NCBI GenBank assembly: GCA_028698215.1
Contig: JAQVDY010000007.1
Span: 6,579-70,578, forward strand
Direction: 5' to 3'
Length of the DNA stretch: 64,000 nucleotides
Origin: Actinomycetota bacterium
GTDB taxonomy: Bacteria > Actinomycetota > Humimicrobiia > Humimicrobiales > Humimicrobiaceae
The position numbers and the translations under genes are program-made. Positions 56,357-64,000 of this stretch are shown here, in pieces (the stretch's first letter is position 1; each line of letters opens with the position of its first letter). The notes beneath the pieces were generated by a model. The model had not been told where the DNA came from, made no database searches, and saw only the letters and a list, made by a program, of their open reading frames with translations.

Positions 56357-58077
56357 TTCTTTTTGCCTTTCTTTTTATTTAGGTATTGCTCCATTTGTTT
56401 TTTGTCCATGGTATTAGCCACGTCTTGAGCTCTCAGCCATCCCTTACGGGCTATGTTTATGCCGTATCTATAATCCTTTAGGTTTTCCAGGTGATGGGCA
56501 TCAGGATTTATGAATATCATTACCTTTTTATCCCGGGCATATTTTAACATTCTCCAGTCCAGGTCCAGCCTGTAGGGGCTAGCGTTGATTTCTATGTCTA
56601 CCCCATTCTCTGCTGCAGCATTGATTACCCTTATAATATCTACCTGGTACGGTTCACGGGCCAGAAGTATCCTTCCGGTAGGGTGGGCAATCATAGTGGT
56701 ATACCTGTTTTCAATAGCTTTTATAATCCTGTTGGTCATTGATTCCTGGGACAGGTTAAAACTGGAATGAATAGCGGCAATTACAAAATCAAACCTGGCC
56801 AGAGCCTGATTGCTGTAATCAAGGCTTCCATCGGGTAGGATATCGGCTTCTATGCCCTTAAAAACAGTAAAGCCGTTAAGTGTTTGGTTTACCTCTGCCA
56901 TATGGGAAAGGTATTCCGATAGGTCTTTTTCCCTTACACCATGGGCATAGGCGGCAGTCTGGCTGTGGTCACTTATTCCTGCATACTGCATTCCCATACT
57001 TTGCAGGAATTTACAGGCCTGCAGCACATCGATGTTTCCATCACTGAAATTAGTATGGATATGGAAGATGCCTTTTATATCGGTTTCCTCTACCAGCTGT
57101 GGCAAATTCCTGTTTCTGGCAGCCTCAATCTCCCCCATATTTTCCCTTAGTTCAGGAGGGATATAATCCATGGAAAAGACATCGAACAATTCCTCCTCGT
57201 TTGCACAAGGTATAAGTTTATCCTGGTTAAAAAGCCCATACTCATTCATCTTTATTCCCATTTTTTTTGACATGGATCTCATAGCGGTGTTATGCTCCTT
57301 GCTTCCGGTGAAATGGTGGAGGGCATAAGGATACTGAAAATCCTCCACCACCCTAAGGTCTACATTTATTCCTGATTGGAGGGTTATACTGGATTTGGTG
57401 TCTCCCTTGGCTATCACTTGCTGTACTGGAAAAAGAGATACAAAGTAATCCATAACCGGACCGGGCTGGCCAGTACTGGCCAAAAGATCTATATCCTTTA
57501 CTGTTTCCTTTTTTCTTCTAAGGCTCCCGGCTATGCTGGCCCTTGCTATAAGGGGATACTTATTTAGCCGGTCCAGCAGCTGCAGACCTTCTTCTATCAC
57601 CTCTGCATAAAGGAAGCTGCTGCTGTATTTTTTTACCATGGATATTCCTCTCAAGATATTTTCCTGGGTTTTAAGGCCAAAACCGGGAAGCTGGGCAATG
57701 GTATTATGATTGCAGGCAAGTTCCAGTTCAGGAATGCTTTCTATGCCCAGGTGTTGGTACAGGTACCTTATTTTCTTGGGACCCAGGGTTGGTATTTTAA
57801 GCATTTCTAAAAGTCCTGGCGGTATTTGCTGTTGGAGCTGCTGATGTAGCTCAAAATTGTCGCCGGAAGCCATTTCTATTATTTGCTGGGCTATTTTGGC
57901 CCCGATGCCTTTTATTTGTGTTATTTCTTGGGCAGTAGCTTTTGAAAGGTCTATAGAAGACGTTTCCAATGACCTGGCTGCATTTTGGTAAGCCCTGATC
58001 TTAAAGGGATTTTCGTCTTTTAGTTCCAGTAGTACTGCTGTTTCCGCCAGCAGATTGCTGATTTGTTGTTTATCCAT
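56353..58077 (-). CDS. DNA polymerase X family protein with C-terminal PHP domain (PolX paralog 1)
   Basis: 574 aa; HhH N-terminus, IAGSLRRKKETVKDIDLL catalytic motif, PHP domain (HIHTNFSDG). Confidence 0.85.
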   Translation of the reverse strand: MDKQQISNLLAETAVLLELKDENPFKIRAYQNAARSLETSSIDLSKATAQEITQIKGIGAKIAQQIIEMASGDNFELHQQLQQQIPPGLLEMLKIPTLGPKKIRYLYQHLGIESIPELELACNHNTIAQLPGFGLKTQENILRGISMVKKYSSSFLYAEVIEEGLQLLDRLNKYPLIARASIAGSLRRKKETVKDIDLLASTGQPGPVMDYFVSLFPVQQVIAKGDTKSSITLQSGINVDLRVVEDFQYPYALHHFTGSKEHNTAMRSMSKKMGIKMNEYGLFNQDKLIPCANEEELFDVFSMDYIPPELRENMGEIEAARNRNLPQLVEETDIKGIFHIHTNFSDGNIDVLQACKFLQSMGMQYAGISDHSQTAAYAHGVREKDLSEYLSHMAEVNQTLNGFTVFKGIEADILPDGSLDYSNQALARFDFVIAAIHSSFNLSQESMTNRIIKAIENRYTTMIAHPTGRILLAREPYQVDIIRVINAAAENGVDIEINASPYRLDLDWRMLKYARDKKVMIFINPDAHHLENLKDYRYGINIARKGWLRAQDVANTMDKKQMEQYLNKKKGKKK

Positions 58078-59158
58078 AGAAAGTGGCCAATCTTTTTATT
58101 GCTTCTGTTTTTTGGCTAATGCCTATCTTGCTTTCTTTTACCGCCCGGTGAAGCAGGTCTATGGACCGGTTATAATTTTCCCGGTCCACAGGATAAGGGA
58201 TACCGTCCTTGCCCCCATGGGCAAAACTGAACCTGGCCGGGTCTTGTATGCTGTATCTTGCTCCATAAATCAATTCTGATATCAAAGCTAAAGCCCTTAC
58301 TGTTTTAGGGCCTACTCCCTGTACTGACAGCAGTGCTTCAAAATCAGGGGGCTTGTGCTCATAAGTATAAGTAAAAATCTTGGAAAGCCGGTGGTAATCC
58401 ATATCAGTAATTTTAATCTGATGCCTCGCCGGCAGGCTGTATTTTTTTTCCTGGTAATTTTGCAGCAGTTTAAGGTCTTTTAGGATTTCAGCCGGTTTTT
58501 GTAATGATAGCTGAGCTATTACCTCTTTGGTTTTTTGGCTGGTTGGATCCACAAGATTTAAGGTAGGTGCCCTTTGGTCACAGCAGATGGCAGAATGGGG
58601 CTCTGTGGTAAAATCAGTGACTTTATCTGAAAGCCAGTGATAACGGCGGGCCATGCGGTTAGTTTGATTTAACCCCTGTTGTACCACGGACCATTGCCTG
58701 CCGTCTGAAGTAAAAAAGAAACAATGGTGGTATAGCTGGTATCCGTCCTGGAGGGCAGAGCTGTCTACTTTGGCCACAATCTTGCTGTTATATACTAAAC
58801 AGGAAAGATCCAGGCCCAATAAATTCCCGGCAGTTTCTATCTCTGTTGGTGTTTTTCTGGATGTAGCGCCCTTGCCTCCTGCAATAAAAAGGCCCAGGTC
58901 TTTTTCCAGGCCTTTAATACCTTCTTTTAAAGCGCCGCATACAGTAGTGGTTACGCCACTGGAATGCCAGTCAAAGCCCAATACGCAGCCTAAAGCCTGG
59001 AACCATAAAGGATCAGAAAGCCTTTTTAGCACCTCTCCGCTACCATATTCTGAAACCATAAGGCAAACAATTTCCCTGGCCAGTTTTTTCATCCGGCTGA
59101 ATAGCCAATAAGGAGCTTTGCCCCCATGCAGGGGCAGTTTCATGGAACCTGTCTTCAT
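58070..59158 (-). CDS. DUF763-like protein of unknown function
   Basis: 362 aa; N-terminal LPLHGGKAPYWL recalled as DUF763-like; a C-terminal HhH-like GVGPKTVRAL; overlaps the downstream PolX gene by 8 nt. Confidence 0.4.
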   Translation of the reverse strand: MKTGSMKLPLHGGKAPYWLFSRMKKLAREIVCLMVSEYGSGEVLKRLSDPLWFQALGCVLGFDWHSSGVTTTVCGALKEGIKGLEKDLGLFIAGGKGATSRKTPTEIETAGNLLGLDLSCLVYNSKIVAKVDSSALQDGYQLYHHCFFFTSDGRQWSVVQQGLNQTNRMARRYHWLSDKVTDFTTEPHSAICCDQRAPTLNLVDPTSQKTKEVIAQLSLQKPAEILKDLKLLQNYQEKKYSLPARHQIKITDMDYHRLSKIFTYTYEHKPPDFEALLSVQGVGPKTVRALALISELIYGARYSIQDPARFSFAHGGKDGIPYPVDRENYNRSIDLLHRAVKESKIGISQKTEAIKRLATFYG

Positions 59159-59266
59159 AAAATACCTCCAGCTATTTATGCTACTATTTTAGCATTGATT
59201 AATCCAGAGAATAAATATCTCTTGCAATAATGATACTAAAAATGTATCATTAGATTGAGGTTTAAC

Positions 59267-59671
59267 ATGAAATTATTGACTAAAGATACTGATTATGCGG
59301 TAAGGGCTTTATTGCACATGGCTAAGCAGGGAAACGGGGCTTACCAGGTCCGGAAGCTGGCTGATGATTTGGGTATACCTATGCCTTTTTTAAGGAAAAT
59401 ACTGCAGCAGCTGGCATCAGCAGGCGTGCTCGATTCTGTGAGGGGCAAGGGCGGCGGTTTTAGTTTGGCCCGGAGGCCAGAGGATATATTCCTGCTGGAT
59501 ATTATGGAAATATTTCAGGGAAAATTTGAGATTATGGAATGTATATTCAACCGTAATATATGTCCCAACCTAAAACAATGCACTTTAAGGAAGAAGCTTA
59601 TATCCATTAAGGATTATGTGCAGGAGCAGCTGGAAAGCATTACTTTAAAAGAGTTACTGGAGGAAAAATAA
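59267..59671 (+). CDS. Rrf2-family transcriptional regulator
   Basis: Start ATG 59267 after GAGG (MKLLTKDTDYAVRALLHMA); wHTH; no obvious three-Cys cluster. Confidence 0.8.
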   Translation: MKLLTKDTDYAVRALLHMAKQGNGAYQVRKLADDLGIPMPFLRKILQQLASAGVLDSVRGKGGGFSLARRPEDIFLLDIMEIFQGKFEIMECIFNRNICPNLKQCTLRKKLISIKDYVQEQLESITLKELLEEK

Positions 59672-60444
59672 TGGCTAAAAGGGAAATAATTAAGATAGAT
59701 GAGCAAAAATGTGATGGATGCGGGGCATGTGTTCCCAACTGTCCGGAAGGAGCTATACAGGTAATAGATAAAAAAGCCAGGCTGGTAAGTGATCTTTATT
59801 GCGACGGCCTGGGGGCCTGCATAGGGGATTGCCCCCAAGGAGCTATTACTACTGAAATAAGGGAAGCAGAACCTTATGATGAGAAAAAGGTTATAAAAAA
59901 TATAGTAAGACAGGGAGAACATGTAGTTTCTGCCCATCTTAAGCATTTAAAAAACCACGGCCAAACCCAATTCTTGAACCAGGCCTTGGATTACCTGGCC
60001 AGCCAGGGCATAGAGGTTGAAGATGTAAGGGCAACTGAAGATAATCCCCGGCAGGAAGCGGAACCAAAGACCTACAGCGATAATTTTGAATTAAAAAACT
60101 GGCCGGTTCAGATAAACCTGGTGCACCCTTCTGTATCTTTTCTCCAGGATTCAGAATTGGTTATATCGGCAGACTGTGTACCTTTTGCCTACCCCGGTTT
60201 CCATAAGTTTATAGAAGGAAAAGTGGTGTTGGTTGGCTGTCCCAAGTTTGATGATGTCCAGGCGTACATGGAAAAGCTACAACAGATATTTATCCAAAAC
60301 CGTATAAAATCGGTTACCGTAGTGTATATGGAAGTGCCATGCTGCCGCGGCATGGTCAGGCTGGTGCAGGAATCCATCAAGGCTTCCGGTAAAGTTATCC
60401 CTTTTGCCCACCTAAAGATAGGGGTTAAGGGAGAGATAAAGTAA
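59671..60444 (+). CDS. 4Fe-4S dicluster ferredoxin-domain protein with Cys-containing C-terminal domain
   Basis: 257 aa; CDGCGACVPNCP and CDGLGACIGDCP, then a C-terminal domain with GCPKFDD and PCCRG. Confidence 0.5.
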   Translation: MAKREIIKIDEQKCDGCGACVPNCPEGAIQVIDKKARLVSDLYCDGLGACIGDCPQGAITTEIREAEPYDEKKVIKNIVRQGEHVVSAHLKHLKNHGQTQFLNQALDYLASQGIEVEDVRATEDNPRQEAEPKTYSDNFELKNWPVQINLVHPSVSFLQDSELVISADCVPFAYPGFHKFIEGKVVLVGCPKFDDVQAYMEKLQQIFIQNRIKSVTVVYMEVPCCRGMVRLVQESIKASGKVIPFAHLKIGVKGEIK

Positions 60445-60445
60445 G

Positions 60446-61042
60446 TTAAACCTCATCCCTTAAAGGGACAAAAGCTACCGGGCTTACTGCCTTTTGGTGG
60501 ATCTTACCTCCCTTTTTGGTGATCACGTAAAGACTTTGGCCAAAAGGGGATCCTGCGGGAATAACCATTATTCCATCATCTTTAAGTTGGGAGACCAAAG
60601 GTGGCGGTATGTTTTTGGGGGCTGCGGTAACTATGATACGGTCATAGGGGGCATGCTGTTTCCAACCGTAATAACCATTGCCGTTAAGCAGCCATATATT
60701 TTTATACCCGGCCAGCAGATGCTTAGCCTGGTAATAGAATTGCGGGATGGATTCTACCGAATAAACCTGGCCGGCAAGCTCTGCTAAAACAGCGGTCTGG
60801 TATCCTGATCCAGTACCTATCTCCAAGACTTTTTCTTTGCCTTTCAACTGTAGAAGCTGGGTCATCAGTGCTACTATATAAGGTTGGGAAATGGTTTGGC
60901 CGTTTCCTATAGGAAGGGGCTCATCGACATAGGCCTGTTCTCTATGCTCAGGGCCGACAAAGTTCTCCCTGGGTATTTTACCCATAGCCTCAATAACCCG
61001 CTTATCCCTGATATCCCTGGAAATTAGCTGTTTTTCTACCAT
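60446..61042 (-). CDS. pcm: Protein-L-isoaspartate O-methyltransferase
   Basis: Start moved to the internal ATG (MVEKQLISRDIRDKRVIEAM...); the track ORF has a 70-codon N-terminal extension through AT-rich sequence. VLEIGTGSGYQTAVLA SAM motif. Confidence 0.85.
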   Translation of the reverse strand: MVEKQLISRDIRDKRVIEAMGKIPRENFVGPEHREQAYVDEPLPIGNGQTISQPYIVALMTQLLQLKGKEKVLEIGTGSGYQTAVLAELAGQVYSVESIPQFYYQAKHLLAGYKNIWLLNGNGYYGWKQHAPYDRIIVTAAPKNIPPPLVSQLKDDGIMVIPAGSPFGQSLYVITKKGGKIHQKAVSPVAFVPLRDEV

Positions 61043-61142
61043 TAAATTTCTTTGTTTTAGATAGTTAAACATAATGAAAAAATTATAAATTTTAGGTATA
61101 ATATCAACTCTTATACTATCATAACCGGAGATTAAATAGGAG

Positions 61143-62888
61143 ATGCTAAATCTAGAGCTTTCCCATATTTTAACTAATATAGCGGAAATGAATAAGGTGG
61201 GTATCCACCAAAAAGAGAAAGTTTTCCCCTTAATGAGGGCCTCCAGGACCATAAGGGATTACGCTGGTGATATCGGTGAGGCTTACCGGAATAAAAAGCT
61301 AAAGGATCTTCCGGGAATAACCCCTGAAGTTTTTGCCTATATAGACCAATATGTAAAAACAGGAAAAGTAGAAGAGTATCAGAAACTGAAGCAGAAATAT
61401 TCAGAAGATTTAGTCAAGCTTATCAGGATATGCGGGTTGGGGTTTGGCAGGATGATAAAAGTATACCAAATTCTAAAAACAGATAGCTTGGCAAGCCTGC
61501 AGGAAAAGATGTCTGATCCCAGGCAAATAGAAAAGCTGACCGGAGCAAAAAAAGATTCAGTCCTGGATGGAGTGATGGTAGAAAGAATCAAAAGCAGTAT
61601 AGATTTTTATCATAGTATGAAAGGTAAAATGCCCCGTGGTTATGTGGAACACTTCCTGAAAGGTTTAATGGAACAGATTAAAGCCCTGGGCCATGTATCC
61701 CGTTTGGAAATAGTGGGGTCTACCCGCAGAAAGAAGCCGCTAATAGGTGATATTGATATATTAGTAGATGCTGATTTTAACCAGGACGGATTCAAGTTGG
61801 ACCCCAGTATAAAGTTTTTAAGCCAAGTCTTAAAAATTTCCCATATAAGGTCTAAAAAAAGCCAGAATATAGGGCAGGCCAACGCCAGCTTTGTCTACAG
61901 GTCTGATTTAGGTATTGATATAGAGGTCATTATTACCGGATCCCATAGGTATTATGCTGACCTGTTTACCACTACTGGAAGCAAAACACATGTAAATTCT
62001 ATTCTAGATATATTAGAGGACAATGATATTGATATATTTAACTACAACCTGGCCAGCGAAGAACATATTTACCAGCTGGCGGGGCTTCAGTTTGTACCCT
62101 GTGAGCTTAGGGAAGGCCTAAAAGAAATTGAATGGGCGCAACAGTATAAAATCCCCAGGCTGGTGGCCTTACCAGATATTAAAGGGGACCTGCATGTGCA
62201 TTCGCCTTTCAGTGATGGGCTAATAAGTGAGAAGGACCTGTTGGATACCATCAAGAAATATAATTATCAATATCTGGCTTTAACCGATCATTCGCCTTCT
62301 AATATTTTCGGTAATGGTTTAGACCAAAAGCGTTTGGCAGAAAAGTTAAAATGGTTCCAAAATTTAAAGCTGGATATAGGGGATAGCAGGATACTGTTTG
62401 GTGCAGAAGTGGATATAAAAGAGCAAGGCAGGCTTGATTACCAGGACCAGGTACTGAAAAGTTTGGAAGTAGTGGTGGCATCAATGCATTCCAGCTTTAG
62501 GCAGGGTCCCGCCCAAAATACCCAAAAGGCAACCGCAGCTTTAGCTCATCCCAGCGTAGATTTTTTGGGGCATCCTACCGGCATTGTTTTTGGAAGCAGG
62601 GCCCCTTATTCGCTGGATATGGAGCAAATTATCCAGCAGGCCGGAAAATTTAACAAAGCACTGGAAATAAACTCCTATTTTCTAAGACTGGATTTAAATG
62701 AACATTATGCCCGTAAGGCCAAGGAGGCAGGGGTGCTGCTGGTTATAAATACGGACTCCCACCGGCCTAATAACCTGGATCATATGAGGCTGGGAGTGGA
62801 TATTGCCAGGAGGGCAGGACTCAGTAAGCAGGATGTATTAAATACCAGGGATTACGAAGGCTTTAAGCAGTGGAAAAAAGAAAGGTAA
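61143..62888 (+). CDS. DNA polymerase X family protein with PHP domain (PolX paralog 2, divergent N-terminus)
   Basis: 581 aa; IVGSTRRKKPLIGDIDILV catalytic motif, PHP domain (DLHVHSPFSDG). Confidence 0.8.
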   Translation: MLNLELSHILTNIAEMNKVGIHQKEKVFPLMRASRTIRDYAGDIGEAYRNKKLKDLPGITPEVFAYIDQYVKTGKVEEYQKLKQKYSEDLVKLIRICGLGFGRMIKVYQILKTDSLASLQEKMSDPRQIEKLTGAKKDSVLDGVMVERIKSSIDFYHSMKGKMPRGYVEHFLKGLMEQIKALGHVSRLEIVGSTRRKKPLIGDIDILVDADFNQDGFKLDPSIKFLSQVLKISHIRSKKSQNIGQANASFVYRSDLGIDIEVIITGSHRYYADLFTTTGSKTHVNSILDILEDNDIDIFNYNLASEEHIYQLAGLQFVPCELREGLKEIEWAQQYKIPRLVALPDIKGDLHVHSPFSDGLISEKDLLDTIKKYNYQYLALTDHSPSNIFGNGLDQKRLAEKLKWFQNLKLDIGDSRILFGAEVDIKEQGRLDYQDQVLKSLEVVVASMHSSFRQGPAQNTQKATAALAHPSVDFLGHPTGIVFGSRAPYSLDMEQIIQQAGKFNKALEINSYFLRLDLNEHYARKAKEAGVLLVINTDSHRPNNLDHMRLGVDIARRAGLSKQDVLNTRDYEGFKQWKKER

Positions 62889-63842
62889 TTACTTTTTGCT
62901 GCACCCAAATACTTCTTTTTGGTTGAAGTCAGGCAAGAAGGGGTCGTTATCGGTGTTAAGGCCAGTATAATCCTGAATGTAGCCATGTTTAAAGCCCAGT
63001 TTCTGGGCATAATCCACTACGCTGTTGTATTCAGAGGCAGTAATTCCACGGGACAGCTGGGAGAAGTTTCTTGCCTTATATACCGGATGGTACTGGGACA
63101 TAATGCTTAGAGGTATATGGGGAGACAACTCATTTTTTATAAAATTAATGGTTTCTGTTAGGCCTCCAATATTATTAGGTAATACCAGCAGCCTTATTAT
63201 CAGTCCTTTTACCGCGATTCCCTGGCTGTCCACTTTTAGTTCTTTTACTTGGTCATACATCTCTTTTACCGACTGGCGGTTATACTGGACATATTTTTTT
63301 ACTCCTGAATACCTGTAGGCATAGTCATCATGGCTGTAGCGCATATCGGGCATATATATGTCCACCAGCCCCTTGAGCATATTTATAATTTCAGGCTTAT
63401 CATAGCCCCCTGTATTGTAAACGATAGGTATGTTCAATCCTTTATTTCTGGCCAGTGACAATGCTTCTACTATTTGCGGCACCCATATGGTGGGTGAAAC
63501 CAAATTTATATTGTGGCAACCCTGATGCTGTAATTTAATCATAGCCTCTGCCAGTTTGGGTATGGGAACTTCCTTACCCTGATGCTGCTGGCTTATCTGA
63601 TAGTTCTGGCAATAAATACAGCCCATATTGCAATAAGAGAAGAAAATAGTGCCTGAGCCATTGTTGCCGGATATGGGGGGTTCTTCCCCAAAATGGGCCA
63701 TGGCTGCTGATATTACCGGTACATGGGGTGCTTGGCAGTAGCCAGTTTTTTTAGAAGTTCTGTCTATCCTGCATTCATGGGGGCATAGCCGGCAATGTCT
63801 AAGCATTTTATTTAGATTTAATTCTGTTTTATTCCTGTCCAT
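62889..63842 (-). CDS. Radical SAM protein (PflX/YjjW / AmmeMemoRadiSam-type activase-like)
   Basis: 317 aa; N-terminal CRLCPHEC....GYC plus radical SAM CNMGCIYC (Cx3Cx2C). Confidence 0.6.
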   Translation of the reverse strand: MDRNKTELNLNKMLRHCRLCPHECRIDRTSKKTGYCQAPHVPVISAAMAHFGEEPPISGNNGSGTIFFSYCNMGCIYCQNYQISQQHQGKEVPIPKLAEAMIKLQHQGCHNINLVSPTIWVPQIVEALSLARNKGLNIPIVYNTGGYDKPEIINMLKGLVDIYMPDMRYSHDDYAYRYSGVKKYVQYNRQSVKEMYDQVKELKVDSQGIAVKGLIIRLLVLPNNIGGLTETINFIKNELSPHIPLSIMSQYHPVYKARNFSQLSRGITASEYNSVVDYAQKLGFKHGYIQDYTGLNTDNDPFLPDFNQKEVFGCSKK

Positions 63843-63856
63843 GGAATAAAAATATA

Positions 63857-64000
63857 TTATTTTTGGTGTTTTGTGAATGTCTGGTTTTGCTCGGCTACCT
63901 TTATTTTATTCTGGGGGGCCAGTCGGCGGGCATAAGCAATTACTTTGTCAGTAATGGCAGGGTAGGTACCTAGCAATGCTTTTAATTTGTAGAGCCGGTA
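63857..64000 (-). CDS. 3' end of a minus-strand CDS continuing beyond the window (hypothetical)
   Basis: Stop-free minus-strand frame of 47 codons running from the window edge (…YRLYKLKALLGTYPAITDKVIAYARRLAPQNKIKVAEQNQTFTKHQK) to TAA at 63857-63859; lies upstream of the radical SAM gene on the same strand. Confidence 0.3.
   Translation of the reverse strand, partial: YRLYKLKALLGTYPAITDKVIAYARRLAPQNKIKVAEQNQTFTKHQK

Noticed and set aside
61043-61252. 70-codon N-terminal extension of the pcm ORF
   Set aside because: The extension is a hydrophobic translation of AT-rich intergenic DNA and overlaps the divergent PolX-2 start. The internal ATG yields a normal-length Pcm (MVEKQLISRD…).
1-64000. 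CRISPR arrays, tRNA/rRNA genes, transposases or integrases
   Set aside because: No regularly spaced short direct repeats, no cloverleaf-like conserved tRNA segments, and no transposase/recombinase motifs in any of the six frames. The window appears to be stable chromosomal backbone.

Overview
The window reads as an anaerobic, Firmicutes-like chromosomal segment (Rnf complex with ApbE, desulfoferrodoxin, flavodiiron protein). I found no rRNA, tRNA, CRISPR array, transposase or integrase. Main blocks, left to right: (1) two bacterial-microcompartment shell genes (BMC-P, BMC-H) at the extreme left edge; (2) a convergent class A PBP with C-terminal PASTA-like repeats; (3) a sugar-phosphate rearrangement block (class II aldolase, PHP phosphoesterase, split transketolase, RpiB, SorC-family regulator, an E1 alpha/beta pair with no E2/E3, transaldolase, FGGY kinase), plus a second split transketolase about 10 kb on; (4) SurE, a YhaM-like exonuclease, NADH oxidase/CoADR, an M3-like peptidase, Apt, a LOG-family protein; (5) a CarH-like B12-binding GGDEF protein, an orphan ZnuA, and an M23/DUF362/M48 envelope operon; (6) an ECF sigma/anti-sigma operon that starts with a Cys/Gln-rich secreted peptide and a bis-His membrane protein; (7) the most unusual region: a Fre-like flavin reductase, small bis-His (DUF4405-like) membrane proteins, an MsrP/sulfite-oxidase-fold Mo-enzyme with an internally duplicated domain, and a convergent DOMON-like lipoprotein, sitting beside a PerR-box-preceded prx-dfx-ftn-fprA oxidative-stress operon; (8) DUF4214-LCP, MATE, cupin, lipoprotein, apbE-rnfCDGEAB; (9) a PaaI / SbcD / SbcC-with-TM / SAM-MTase / NikR operon; (10) a DUF763-PolX-Nth base-excision-repair-like operon, with a second PolX paralog, Rrf2, an Fe-S protein, Pcm and a PflX/AmmeMemoRadiSam-like radical SAM enzyme. 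All family calls rest on motif recognition in the supplied translations; no database search was run. Coordinates come from the ORF track, with starts adjusted where an RBS or overlap argues for a different start.
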